Assembly: GCA_041288045.1 (NCBI GenBank)
Contig: JBGGMM010000157.1
Span: forward strand, 1 to 28,493
DNA: 28,493 nucleotides
Reading direction: 5' to 3'
DNA from: Pseudobdellovibrionaceae bacterium
GTDB lineage: Bacteria; Bdellovibrionota; Bdellovibrionia; Bdellovibrionales; Bdellovibrionaceae
Positions within the stretch are counted from its first letter, which is position 1. Each line of letters opens with the position of its first letter. The position numbers and the translations under genes were made by a program. Of the stretch, positions 15,165 through 24,725 are shown one piece after another. The notes beneath the pieces were generated by a model. It saw nothing but the letters and a program-made list of their open reading frames with translations. It was not told the origin of the DNA and searched no databases.

Positions 15165-16187
15165 ATGCAGACAAAATTTTTCGGAAGTTTGCTGGCTGTC
15201 TTGCTCTCTGCTTGTATTTCAAAGTCAGGCGCCGCAACTCCATCAAATTTGAATTCAACAGAAGCTGCGGCCGCACCCGCTACTGAAGCGACACCTGCAC
15301 CTGCGCCAACTCAAGCTGCAGCCCCAGCTCCGCCGCCTGCACTCGAAAAAAAAGCAGCTCCAGAAACCTCAAGCAAGCCAACGCAAGTAAAAGCCGATCT
15401 TCTGCAAATGCCAGAAGTCTGCGAAAAATCTCTATCCCGATTTACAGGCAAATTCGACAGCAAAGTTCTCAAAGCTGCCTGTGAAAAAGTCGAAATCCTG
15501 CAAGGTTGCCAAAGCGTGCAGGGAACTCCGATTTTTCATTTCAACAAGACCGGTGAATTCAAAAAACCTTCACGCATTTTGGTTTTCTCTTTGATCCATG
15601 GAGATGAATTTCCCGCTGGCAGTGTCGGCCGTTTCTGGATGGAACGCCTAGAAACAATCGTACCACGCAACACTTGGCGCGTGGTTCCCGTTCTGAATCC
15701 CGATGGCGTGATCAAAAAAACCAGAACCAACGCCAACAAAGTCGATATCAATCGCAATTTTCCCACCCAAGACTGGACGGAAAAAGCCCAGGCCTACTGG
15801 CAAAAAGATTCCAAATCCAATCCCCGCCGCTTCCCAGGAAATCTCGCAGCCAGCGAACCCGAAACTCAATGCGCCCTGAAACACATCGAAGATTTCAAAC
15901 CAGATTTCATCGTCTCCATTCACACACCTCTCAAAGTGCTGGATTACGATGGACCCAAAGTGAAGCCACCGAAATTTGATTACCTGCCGTGGAAATCTTT
16001 GGGCCACTATCCTGGTAGCCTCGGTCGATACATGTGGTTTGAAAGACAGATCCCAGTTCTGACCATGGAACTAAAAGAAGACCTTCCAGCCAGCAACAAG
16101 CCTTGGCTGCAGCTTCAAGACATCATCGGCGTGCTCGTCGGTCTTGAGAGTATGAATAAGAAGCCAGCTTCTAATGAAGCTCCTTAA
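15165..16187 (+). CDS. M14 zinc carboxypeptidase, MpaA-like murein peptide amidase, lipoprotein
   Basis: IHGDE, NPDG, RTNANKVDINRNFP, SEPET, SIH, YPGSLG and TMEL motifs. LLSAC lipobox followed by a Pro/Ala linker. Confidence 0.88.
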   Translation: MQTKFFGSLLAVLLSACISKSGAATPSNLNSTEAAAAPATEATPAPAPTQAAAPAPPPALEKKAAPETSSKPTQVKADLLQMPEVCEKSLSRFTGKFDSKVLKAACEKVEILQGCQSVQGTPIFHFNKTGEFKKPSRILVFSLIHGDEFPAGSVGRFWMERLETIVPRNTWRVVPVLNPDGVIKKTRTNANKVDINRNFPTQDWTEKAQAYWQKDSKSNPRRFPGNLAASEPETQCALKHIEDFKPDFIVSIHTPLKVLDYDGPKVKPPKFDYLPWKSLGHYPGSLGRYMWFERQIPVLTMELKEDLPASNKPWLQLQDIIGVLVGLESMNKKPASNEAP

Positions 16188-16980
16188 GCTCAAGGCTTTC
16201 CTGAGGCATCGGAATCCCCGAATAATTCGAAGTGATCAGCTCCTGCAGTTGAACTGCAATCACTCGGCGCGCTTCTTCCGAATGCACGTCAATCTCGTCA
16301 AAAAATCGAATCTCCACATCCACTGATTTCACTGAAAGAATTCGCTTCATGGCCGGAAAGAATGTTTGATCGCCGTACCAGCAGACATAGTCTCGCCATT
16401 TGTGAGAGATGGGTTCGCCGTTCACTTTGCGGTAATTGATCACCATCGGCAAAATCGGAACCCCTGTGCCAGCGGCTGAAGTGAGCAGGCTTTTTTTGAA
16501 GGGCAGGACTCTTTCGCCGTTGCTAGAGGTGCCTTCGGGATAAAGGGCGACGCTGAATCCTTGGCGAAGAGCTGTGCGGATTTCTTCGATTTCGTTTGTG
16601 ATATTGGAGCGGCTTCTTCTTTCGACATAGAGACATCCACCCATCTCTGTCAGAAATCCAATTCCTGGTGTCTGGCGCATATCGACTGAAGTGATGAAAA
16701 GAGTTGGATGCTGCGAAGCCAGCACAAAAATATCCATAAAGCCCAGATGATTGCCAACGAGAAGAAAAGATTCTTCCCTGTGAGGTGCGCCGACAACGTG
16801 GACTCTGAAGTTGAGGAGTTTAAGAGCGGCTTTGCAAAAAAAAGAAACTGTGTGAGTGTAATGATGCCGTCTTCGAACCTGATTTTTTGTCCAGACCCGC
16901 CAGAAAAGTGAAATCAAAATATAGGCGATAATCAGAGCAATAAAAATCGGGGCTCTCAGCAGAATTCGCACAAAACTCAT
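16171..16980 (-). CDS. plsC: 1-acyl-sn-glycerol-3-phosphate acyltransferase family protein
   Basis: NHLGFMD (HX4D), YVER, YPEGT and PFK motifs. Start ATG overlaps the tsaC stop (ATGA). Confidence 0.88.
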   Translation of the reverse strand: MSFVRILLRAPIFIALIIAYILISLFWRVWTKNQVRRRHHYTHTVSFFCKAALKLLNFRVHVVGAPHREESFLLVGNHLGFMDIFVLASQHPTLFITSVDMRQTPGIGFLTEMGGCLYVERRSRSNITNEIEEIRTALRQGFSVALYPEGTSSNGERVLPFKKSLLTSAAGTGVPILPMVINYRKVNGEPISHKWRDYVCWYGDQTFFPAMKRILSVKSVDVEIRFFDEIDVHSEEARRVIAVQLQELITSNYSGIPMPQESLELKELH

Positions 16981-17999
16981 GTGCGTCCTTCCAAAATCAA
17001 TGAAGCAGCTTTTGTCAGACGGTCTTTGAGAGCATTCCAATCCTCTTTGTCATGCAGGGCCTGTCTCCGGAAGTAGAGAAAATCATAATTCTGAGATTCA
17101 GCCATCCTTCGAAGCTCAGCATAGAACTGGCGAGAAGCCAGTACCGCTTGATCCGGAAGCTTGAGCTCCCCAGCTCGATCGAGATTTTTTGGCTTTCGAA
17201 TTTGCACGCCTTCCACTTGATCCGGCAATTTGAAAAGCATCTGCTTCACTTTTTCTCTGACTTGAGTTTCAGTCAAAGCCGGATTTTTCACATACACCAA
17301 AGGAATCTCTGGCATATAATGATGCTTCATCTGCCCCGGCGATTCTTTCTTGTCAGTGATTGCCACAAATGAGATTTGAAATTTCTGATTTTGCAAAGTC
17401 TTCTCAAGTTCGCCTTGAGTGACTTTGCCGGATCGAAGAATCGACAGCTCATATCTTTCATCAAATCGACGAATCAACAGCACAGTCGATTCAAGCCCGA
17501 CCTCACAAGGTCCACCATCCAAAACCAAAAGGCCTTCATTCGGAAACTCTGACTTCACATGATCAGCCGTCGTCGGGCTGGTGCGCCCAAATCGATTGGC
17601 ACTGGGTGCTGCCAAAGGCACCCCTGATTTTTCAATCAAGCTGAGCGCCAAAGAATGCTTCGGCATACGAATCCCCACCGAAGAAAGCCCCGACGTGATC
17701 ATCGAATCCACGGCATCCGCTTTTGGCAAAATCAAAGTCAATGGGCCCGGCCAAAAATGCTCCGCCAAAAAATCAGCCAGTGGGCTCCAATCCGTTGTCA
17801 GCTTGGCAGCCATATCTTTCGAAGACACGTGCACAATCAGCGGATCAAAGAAAGGCCGCTGCTTGGTTGAAAAAATCTTTTGAATTCCCGCTTTGGAATC
17901 AATCCGCGCCGCCAAACCATAGACGGTCTCGGTGGGAATGGCCACCACATCGCCTTGCTTTAATTTTTCAATGGCTTGATCCAGCTGAGAATTTGTCAT
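16977..17999 (-). CDS. tsaC: L-threonylcarbamoyladenylate synthase (Sua5-type TsaC)
   Basis: PTETVYGL, KQRP..DPLIVH, FWPGPLT, RMP, AAPSANR, SPT, GLESTV and the SPGQMKHHYMP Sua5 linker. Confidence 0.95.
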   Translation of the reverse strand: MTNSQLDQAIEKLKQGDVVAIPTETVYGLAARIDSKAGIQKIFSTKQRPFFDPLIVHVSSKDMAAKLTTDWSPLADFLAEHFWPGPLTLILPKADAVDSMITSGLSSVGIRMPKHSLALSLIEKSGVPLAAPSANRFGRTSPTTADHVKSEFPNEGLLVLDGGPCEVGLESTVLLIRRFDERYELSILRSGKVTQGELEKTLQNQKFQISFVAITDKKESPGQMKHHYMPEIPLVYVKNPALTETQVREKVKQMLFKLPDQVEGVQIRKPKNLDRAGELKLPDQAVLASRQFYAELRRMAESQNYDFLYFRRQALHDKEDWNALKDRLTKAASLILEGRT

Positions 18000-18038
18000 C
18001 GGCTTCAGAACTAGCATAAAAGTAAAAAACAGGGCCAG

Positions 18039-20585
18039 TTATTTTTGTTGCAGGAGCTCCGAAGGCTTCTCTAAAACCACTTGCCGAGAAACAAACCACA
18101 AAATCCCCATAGAGCAAAGAGTGACAAAGACCAAGCTGATCAGTGGCCAGAAAAGATCAAACTGGTAAGTCCCCTCAAAGAAAATCTGAGCCACCACCAG
18201 ATTCAGAACCAAACTGATCAAAACCCCGAAAAAGCAGGACAGAAAAGACAAAAGGCCAAATTCAAAAAGAAGGTACTGAAAGAGCGATTTCCTGGAAGCC
18301 CCGAAAATTTTCAAAAGATTCAAATCCCAGCTGCGTCTTCGCACTTCGTAATTGGCAATGGAAAATAGAACCACAAAGCCAGCGAACAGCGAAAGCGCCG
18401 CCATCAGCTCCAAAGACCAGCTCATCTGATCAGAAAGCTCGAGCACTTTTTCAATCACGCCAGCCACATCCACAATCGATACATTGGGAAAAAGCTTCAC
18501 CAATTCCGATTGCAGCTTTTGAATCTGATCCGCTGGCAAAGCCGAAATCGAAGCCAAAAAAGTCTTCGGGGCTTCCTCGAGCACCCCGGGCTGCATTTGA
18601 ATAAAGAAATTCGGCTGAAAGGAGTTCCATTTCACTGACCTTAAATTGACGATTTGCCCTTCAACCGGAATTCCCTGGATATCAAAGAGAATTTTATCAT
18701 TCAGTTGAAATTCCATGCGCTCCGCAAATCGCTTTTCCACGGAAAGCTCCACAGGCTTTCCCGAATCCGCGGAGTAGGGCCCAGAAAATTCACGTCCCTC
18801 TTCGAGAGACTCTGATTCCGTCAGACGGTCTCGGTAAGTCAGATTGACGGATCGATTGCGAAACCGACTGCGATTTTCTTCTTCTCGCGTTTGGAAAGAG
18901 CTTTGATCCTCGGCTCTTTCAAAATCCTGCCCATTCACTTTGACAATTCGAGCCCGGACCAAAGCAGACATCTGCTGAAGATCCAATTTTTTCTCAGTCA
19001 GATAAGTTTTCAGCGGATCCACTTGCTCATCTTGAATATCGAAAAGAAACAAGGACGGGAGCTTTAGATTTTCTGGCGCCATCAGATCTTGCTTCAAGCT
19101 GACTTTCAGCTGCGGAAGCAAATTCATCAACAAAGTTCCAAGCCCCAGAGAGACCACCACTGCCAGACTGGAAAGCCTTCGTCGGCTGAGACTAAAAAGC
19201 GCCTGCCGCAGAGGCCAAGGAGAACTCAAGCGAACCCAGGCCATGAGCCTTAACAGAATCCATCCCATCACCCAAAGAGCCACTAGCGAACCTAAGAAAA
19301 GGCCTACAAACTGACTGCCCACTTTGATGGATTTAGCCTGCCACAAACTCAAACCCCAATACAAAACCAAGCTCGGAACAAACAGAAGAAAATCCTGCCA
19401 ACGAGGAGGGATCTTGACCTCTCCACCTTCAGTGAGTAGCAAAGCCGTCTGCAGTCTCTCGGTTGGCTTCAAAAATGGCCAACCCACAATCAAGCTCCCA
19501 CCGACTCCCATCACAAGAGAGAGGAGTACGGTCTTGGTTGGCAAAATCACTGAAATGGAAATCGGAGCCAATGTCTTTAAAAGTGCAGTGAGCAGGGGAA
19601 GCAATAAAGTCGCCCCCAGAAGACTCAGCATCGAAGCTCCAAGCCCCAAAAGCAGAAGCTGAGCCAAATAAATTTTCTGAGCACGTTTTTTGTTTAAGCC
19701 CAAGGCATTTAAAATGGCGATCTGATAGTACCTTGAATAAATAAAACTTCGAAAAAGGTAAGCTGATCCCAAAGCCGCTAAAAACAGTGCCACCAAAGAC
19801 ACCAGACCCAAATAATCCGACAGATATTTCAACGCCCGTCCTGAATCCTCGGCCTCAGATTGATAGCTCTTGATGCGAACACTGGGATCTGGAATTTGCT
19901 TTTTGATTTCTTCAACTACTTGCAAGCTGTTCAGATTTTCAGGGACCTTCAGATAGTAATTATCCGTCAGTGTACTCCCCGCCGTCACAAGCTGAGTCTT
20001 CTTCATCTGCTCAAGACCCACATAAATCCTAGATGCCAAAGCACCAAAACGAAGCCCTTGACTGGAATCTTCAAGAACAGTTCCAGAAATCTGAAATTTC
20101 TCGCCACCAATGGAAATCGAATCGCCAATGGTAATGCCTAGCTGCTCTAAAAGTTCAGGATAAACCCAAGCTCGTCGATCCTGATTGAGAGTTTCAGCCT
20201 TTGCCGTTTGTTTTCCACCTGCAGTTTGAATCTGCACAGACCCATAAAGTGGATAATTGGCATCGACAGCTTTCACTTGCACCAAGCGAGAGCTCGACCC
20301 CGCTGCGACCATCGAGAAAAGCTCCCAAGCCCGGCTGTCCTGATATTTCGTTTTCACGGTCTCGTGGGCTTTTCGAGTTTCTTCCTCAGTGAGAAGCCGT
20401 CGCACGCTGACTTCCACATCTGCTGTCAGAAGCGATTTGGCATTGTCTTGAAAGACCCGATCTAAAGAAGTTTTAAAGGCATCCAGACAGAGAAAGCCAA
20501 TGAGTCCGATGCTTAGATTCAGCACAAAGAAAAGACTGAACTTCATCTGATTCCGAATTTCTCGGACAGCCCAATTCCAGATCAC
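18039..20585 (-). CDS. ABC transporter permease, YbbP/FtsX-like
   Basis: Two repeats of a large periplasmic domain plus TM bundles; KAVDANYPLYG, PSLFLFDIQ, LRSVKWNSFQPNF and FPNVSIVD motifs. Confidence 0.9.
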   Translation of the reverse strand: MIWNWAVREIRNQMKFSLFFVLNLSIGLIGFLCLDAFKTSLDRVFQDNAKSLLTADVEVSVRRLLTEEETRKAHETVKTKYQDSRAWELFSMVAAGSSSRLVQVKAVDANYPLYGSVQIQTAGGKQTAKAETLNQDRRAWVYPELLEQLGITIGDSISIGGEKFQISGTVLEDSSQGLRFGALASRIYVGLEQMKKTQLVTAGSTLTDNYYLKVPENLNSLQVVEEIKKQIPDPSVRIKSYQSEAEDSGRALKYLSDYLGLVSLVALFLAALGSAYLFRSFIYSRYYQIAILNALGLNKKRAQKIYLAQLLLLGLGASMLSLLGATLLLPLLTALLKTLAPISISVILPTKTVLLSLVMGVGGSLIVGWPFLKPTERLQTALLLTEGGEVKIPPRWQDFLLFVPSLVLYWGLSLWQAKSIKVGSQFVGLFLGSLVALWVMGWILLRLMAWVRLSSPWPLRQALFSLSRRRLSSLAVVVSLGLGTLLMNLLPQLKVSLKQDLMAPENLKLPSLFLFDIQDEQVDPLKTYLTEKKLDLQQMSALVRARIVKVNGQDFERAEDQSSFQTREEENRSRFRNRSVNLTYRDRLTESESLEEGREFSGPYSADSGKPVELSVEKRFAERMEFQLNDKILFDIQGIPVEGQIVNLRSVKWNSFQPNFFIQMQPGVLEEAPKTFLASISALPADQIQKLQSELVKLFPNVSIVDVAGVIEKVLELSDQMSWSLELMAALSLFAGFVVLFSIANYEVRRRSWDLNLLKIFGASRKSLFQYLLFEFGLLSFLSCFFGVLISLVLNLVVAQIFFEGTYQFDLFWPLISLVFVTLCSMGILWFVSRQVVLEKPSELLQQK

Positions 20586-21238
20586 AGAGCTCCGCTTTCT
20601 AAAACCAGTTGTCGGTCACAGCGATGGGCCAAAGCTTCACTGTGGGTCACCAAAATCGTCGTGACTTTGAAAGCTCGGACCACTTCGAAAAACACATCCA
20701 TCACCTTAGCGCCTGTTGTTGTGTCCAAGTTTCCACTGGGTTCATCGGCTAGAATGATTTTTGGTTTCACCACAAGAGCTCGCGCAATGGCCACCCTCTG
20801 GCATTCACCACCACTCATCTGGCTTGGCAAATGATTCAGGCGATGGGAAAGCCCCATTTGATTGAGAATCTCTTTGGCTTTTGCCTCGCGATTGGTTTGA
20901 TCCCAAATTTCCAAAGGCAGCATGACGTTTTCAAGTGCTGTCAGGTGCGGAAATAAATGAAACTGCTGAAAGACGATCCCGATCGTCTGCCCTCGAAATT
21001 GGGTCATTTCCTCTTCAGAGAATGCTGTGATTTCTTTATCAGCGATTTGAATGCTCCCCGAAGTCGGTCGATCCAAACCTGCCATCAAACTCAAGAGCGT
21101 GGATTTCCCGCTGCCTGACTGACCTAAAATCGCCACCACTTCAGAATCCTGAATCTCGGCAGTCAATCCTTTTAGAACCTGAATATCAGCATCACCTTGT
21201 TTGTAAGTCTTCACCACTTTGTTCAATTTCAAGCTCAT
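20582..21238 (-). CDS. ABC transporter ATP-binding protein, YbbA/LolD-like
   Basis: GQSGSGKST, VFQQF, MSGGECQRVAIARA, ADEPSGNLD and VTH motifs. Confidence 0.93.
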   Translation of the reverse strand: MSLKLNKVVKTYKQGDADIQVLKGLTAEIQDSEVVAILGQSGSGKSTLLSLMAGLDRPTSGSIQIADKEITAFSEEEMTQFRGQTIGIVFQQFHLFPHLTALENVMLPLEIWDQTNREAKAKEILNQMGLSHRLNHLPSQMSGGECQRVAIARALVVKPKIILADEPSGNLDTTTGAKVMDVFFEVVRAFKVTTILVTHSEALAHRCDRQLVLESGAL

Positions 21239-21849
21239 AAGAGGTCCTTGATATTTTTGTAAACAAGCTCAGCAATGATTTGATGGCCCTTCTCGTTGGG
21301 ATGAATTCCATCGGCCAAATTCAATTCTGGTTTGCCAGCCACGCCCTCTAACAGAAAAGGAATTTTCTGCAGTTTGTATTTTTCAATGAGTCGCAAATAG
21401 ACATCTTCAAATTTCTTTTTATAGTCAGCACCATAATTGGGCGGAAGCAGCATCCCTGCTAGGATCACTTTGATTTTTTCTTTTTGCGCGAGCTCTATGG
21501 TCGTCGCCAGATTTTTTTCAATACTTTGAACATCCAGTCCGCGAAGTCCGTCATTGGCTCCCAAAGCCAGAATGATCAAATCCGGTTTCGATTTCAGCTG
21601 CCATTTCAAGCGAGCAGGACCACTGGCCGTCGTCGATCCACTGATACCCGCATTGATCACGGTCCATTTCTTTCCACTGGCTTGAATCTTTTTTTCAAGC
21701 AAAGCGGGATAAGCCGCGTCGTTGGCAATCCCATAGCCTTCGGTGAGTGAGTCTCCGAGCACGAGAATTTTTTTAGCAGATGTTTGTGAAAAAGCCGGAT
21801 GAAGGAGAAGAAAAAAAAAACTGAAGAAGAGGAGAATGAGTTTTTTCAT
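21235..21849 (-). CDS. tesA: Periplasmic SGNH/GDSL arylesterase / acyl-CoA thioesterase I
   Basis: GDSLTEGYG, NAGISG, LGANDGLRG, PPNYG and DGIHPN motifs, with a signal peptide from ATG 21849. Confidence 0.92.
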   Translation of the reverse strand: MKKLILLFFSFFFLLLHPAFSQTSAKKILVLGDSLTEGYGIANDAAYPALLEKKIQASGKKWTVINAGISGSTTASGPARLKWQLKSKPDLIILALGANDGLRGLDVQSIEKNLATTIELAQKEKIKVILAGMLLPPNYGADYKKKFEDVYLRLIEKYKLQKIPFLLEGVAGKPELNLADGIHPNEKGHQIIAELVYKNIKDLL

Positions 21850-21945
21850 GAGAATCAGGATCAAGGAAAAGCAACTGAGGCGCAAGCTGAATGAGGCCGA
21901 TCCTGATTTCAAAAAAGTGATGAAATCCTTCGCAAGAAGGTATTG

Positions 21946-21978
21946 AAAAAAAAGGGCCAGTGTTTCCACCAGCCCTTT
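21946..21978 (-). terminator. Intrinsic terminator of the RRM gene
   Basis: Minus strand AAAGGGCTGGTG-GAAA-CACTGGCCC followed by 8 T. Confidence 0.88.
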
Positions 21979-22003
21979 GAAGTTTCATATTTGAAACGTT
22001 GGA

Positions 22004-22324
22004 TTAGTAACGACCGCCGCCGCCACCGCGTCCGCCGCCGAAACCACCACGGCCACCGCCGCCACCTTCACGTGGAGCTTGTGGACGAGCTTCAGAAACG
22101 TTGATCGCGCGACCACCCATTGAGAAACCGTTCATTTTCTCAATAGCTGTGTTGGCTTCATCATCTGAATCCATTTCAACAAAACCGAAACCTTTGCTTC
22201 GGCCAGTTTCACGGTCAGTGATGACTTTTGCTGAAGAAACAGATCCGAACTTTCCAAATTCTGATTGGAGAGCTGAATCATCGATTGAATAGGGAAGGTT
22301 CCCTACATATAACTTCTTACCCAT
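22004..22324 (-). CDS. RRM (RNP-1) RNA-binding protein with Gly/Arg-rich tail
   Basis: LYVGNL (RNP2), KGFGFVEM (RNP1) and RGG tail. AGGAGG precedes ATG 22324. Confidence 0.95.
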   Translation of the reverse strand: MGKKLYVGNLPYSIDDSALQSEFGKFGSVSSAKVITDRETGRSKGFGFVEMDSDDEANTAIEKMNGFSMGGRAINVSEARPQAPREGGGGGRGGFGGGRGGGGGRY

Positions 22325-22440
22325 GGTACCTCCTGGGACTGTTAAAAACCGACGGAACCATGAGTGCAAAACGCTAACTATGGAACGCGAACGGGACTTT
22401 TTCACTTTATCAAATTTGCTGTTTTTCATCAAAAAAAATC

Positions 22441-22926
22441 TTAAGACCTCATATTATTGAACTGAAGCGGGACCTGAAATCCCTTAGATTTGACGAACAC
22501 AATCGTTTCTTGCAGCTCGTCGATACTCTTCGAGGTCACTCGGACTTTATCGTCCATGATCTGGGCCTGTACCTTTAACTTGCTGTCTTTTACGGCTTTT
22601 GTGATCTCTTTAGCAACTTCTTTATCGATACCCTGCAGAATCTTTACCTTTTGGCGCCACATTTGGCCCCCAGCCGCCTCTTTAGGACTAAATTCCAGAG
22701 ATTTAAGCTCGATTCCCCGCCGGTGCATCTTGGATTGCAGGACATCCTTCATTGCATCCATTTTGTAGTCGTCATCGCCCAAAATGGTGATTTCTTTCTT
22801 ATCCCACTGAATTTCGCTTTTACTTCCACGAAAGTCATAACGCTGCTGAATTTCTTTAATTGCTTGATGAACAGCGTTGTCGACTTCCTGCATATTCACT
22901 TCGGATACGATATCAAAAGACGCCAT
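22441..22926 (-). CDS. yajQ: YajQ family nucleotide/c-di-GMP-binding protein
   Basis: SFDIVSEV, EVDNA, RYDFRGS, KLKVQAQI and PLQFNNMR motifs. Confidence 0.95.
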   Translation of the reverse strand: MASFDIVSEVNMQEVDNAVHQAIKEIQQRYDFRGSKSEIQWDKKEITILGDDDYKMDAMKDVLQSKMHRRGIELKSLEFSPKEAAGGQMWRQKVKILQGIDKEVAKEITKAVKDSKLKVQAQIMDDKVRVTSKSIDELQETIVFVKSKGFQVPLQFNNMRS

Positions 22927-22937
22927 GGCTTGATCCC

Positions 22938-23405
22938 TTAGTGGTGGTGTCCACCCGCTCCATGAGCGTGACCATGGGCCAACTCTTCTGTTGTTGCGTC
23001 TCGTGAATCCATCAACTCCACGTCAAATTCTAAATCCTGTCCTGCCAAAGGATGGTTGCCATCCAAAGTGACGTGATCATCTGTGATTTTTGTGACTCGA
23101 ACCACTTTCATTCGATCTTGCAATTGAAGCTGCAGAAAACTGCCCACTTCGATTTGCAAATGAGCCACTTCTTGCTTGGGAACATCCATTACCATTTGAG
23201 GTTCGACTTCGCCATAAGCGTCTTTGGCCGCAAGCTTCACATTTTTCTTTTGCCCGATCAACATGCCTGAAATTTCAGTCTCAAGAGCGGGAATGATCTG
23301 GCCTGCGCCCTCGAGAAAAGCCATAGGTCCATCAGTTGAAGAGTCCAGGACCTGTCCAGCAGTATCCTTCAAAGTATAATTAAAGCTCAAAACTCGACGT
23401 TTCAT
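22938..23405 (-). CDS. slyD: SlyD-type FKBP peptidyl-prolyl isomerase
   Basis: G..IIPALE, AYG, DGNHPLAGQDLEF and RDATTEELAHGHAHG with His tail. GAGGAGG precedes ATG 23405. Confidence 0.93.
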   Translation of the reverse strand: MKRRVLSFNYTLKDTAGQVLDSSTDGPMAFLEGAGQIIPALETEISGMLIGQKKNVKLAAKDAYGEVEPQMVMDVPKQEVAHLQIEVGSFLQLQLQDRMKVVRVTKITDDHVTLDGNHPLAGQDLEFDVELMDSRDATTEELAHGHAHGAGGHHH

Positions 23406-23515
23406 AATGTGCCTCCTCAACAACTTATTTTGCCTTCCATAAATCATTCTTATTCTGTCTCAGGCAAGCGAAATCGACTTGAAAATGCCTCAAATTGCAG
23501 CAATCCTATATGTAT

Positions 23516-24082
23516 ATGCAGGGTGATGGCGACAGGCCAGGCCACAACATCAGAATGATTGGATCCTCACGCTCTTTGCTCTTAAACGCGACGTACGAGC
23601 CAATGAAAATCGTCTCTTGGCAAAAGGCTCTCATTCTCTGGTTTCAGGATAAAGTCGAAATTATCGAGTATCACAACGTCTTCGTTAGAAGCGTCAGAGC
23701 GACCTTCCAAGTGCCTTCTGTGATGCGCCTGAAACATTATGTGCGTCCTCGAAGTTTGGGAGCTGTGCGCTTTTGCCGCGAAAATGTCTACATTCGAGAC
23801 AACTTCACATGTCAGTATTGCGGCGAGAGATTTTCCAACCGACATCTCACTTTGGATCATGTGGTGCCTGTTTCGAAAAAAGGACCGAAAAATTGGACCA
23901 ACGTCGTGACAGCCTGCCGCGACTGCAATCAACGCAAAGCCAATCGCACTCCAGCGACAGCGAATATGCCTCTTTTAAGTGAGCCCATGATCCCGACCTG
24001 GCTGCCGTCGCCAGAGCTGGATGTCAAATCTGGACAAGTCCCCTCCGCTTGGCTTCAGTACCTGCAATACAAAGCAGGTTGA
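23516..24082 (+). CDS. HNH endonuclease (start uncertain: 23510, 23516 or 23555)
   Basis: LLLNATYEP, PSVMRL, RDNFTCQYCG, LTLDHVVP and WTNVVTACRDCNQRK motifs. Confidence 0.92.
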   Translation: MQGDGDRPGHNIRMIGSSRSLLLNATYEPMKIVSWQKALILWFQDKVEIIEYHNVFVRSVRATFQVPSVMRLKHYVRPRSLGAVRFCRENVYIRDNFTCQYCGERFSNRHLTLDHVVPVSKKGPKNWTNVVTACRDCNQRKANRTPATANMPLLSEPMIPTWLPSPELDVKSGQVPSAWLQYLQYKAG

Positions 24083-24084
24083 AT

Positions 24085-24531
24085 GTGTCTGAAATCCAAA
24101 TTCAATTGATCTCCGCCGAACAAACATGGCCTCTGCGCTTGAAAGTCTTAAGACCTCATCAGACTTTGAAAGATTGCATTTATCCCCAGGATCACTGGCC
24201 CAGCACTTTTCATGTGGGAGCATTTAGGACAGATCATGTGGTTGGAGTGGCCACTTTCCATGAAGAAGAAAGCCCTCATTTCAGAGTCCATCATCCCTAC
24301 CGTCTTCGAGGAATGGCCACAGATTTTTCATTTCACAGTCAGGGCATTGGTCGTAAAGTGCTTGAGAAAGCTTTCTTTGAATTGAGATTGCGAGAATGTG
24401 ATTTTCTTTGGTGCAATGCCAGGGAAGTCGCTTTTCCCTTCTATGAAAAATTGGGTTTCCAATACTTTGGACCTCTGTTTGATATTCACACTTTAGGCCC
24501 TCATAAAATCATGTACAGGTCTCTCCTGTAA
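24085..24531 (+). CDS. GNAT family N-acetyltransferase
   Basis: PLR..VLRP, LRGMAT, QGIG, WCNAR and FYEKLGF motifs. Probable GTG start 2 nt after the HNH stop. Confidence 0.9.
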   Translation: MSEIQIQLISAEQTWPLRLKVLRPHQTLKDCIYPQDHWPSTFHVGAFRTDHVVGVATFHEEESPHFRVHHPYRLRGMATDFSFHSQGIGRKVLEKAFFELRLRECDFLWCNAREVAFPFYEKLGFQYFGPLFDIHTLGPHKIMYRSLL

Positions 24532-24649
24532 TAAATCGTCCATGACAAAAATGTGCGCGGTAATTCCTCTAGTCGGTGACAAAGATGGCTTTGTTCATTT
24601 CGAGAAGGAGCCCTGTCATTTTTCCACTGCTGAAAAAGCTCTCGATTTT

Positions 24650-24678
24650 TTGACGGTCCCAGGGGTCAGGAGTAGGGT
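24650..24678 (+). promoter_or_regulatory. Sigma70-type promoter for the downstream lipoprotein
   Basis: TTGACG-N17-TAGGGT, 47 nt upstream of ATG 24726. Confidence 0.55.
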
Positions 24679-24725
24679 GAGCTCACTTTACGAGTGCATA
24701 AAGCACCACACAAAAGGAGTAACTA

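Noticed and set aside
21811..21820. A10 homopolymer in the tesA signal peptide as a phase-variation tract
   Set aside because: It is explained by consecutive Phe codons, the frame is intact, and 7-8 nt A/T runs are common in this window.
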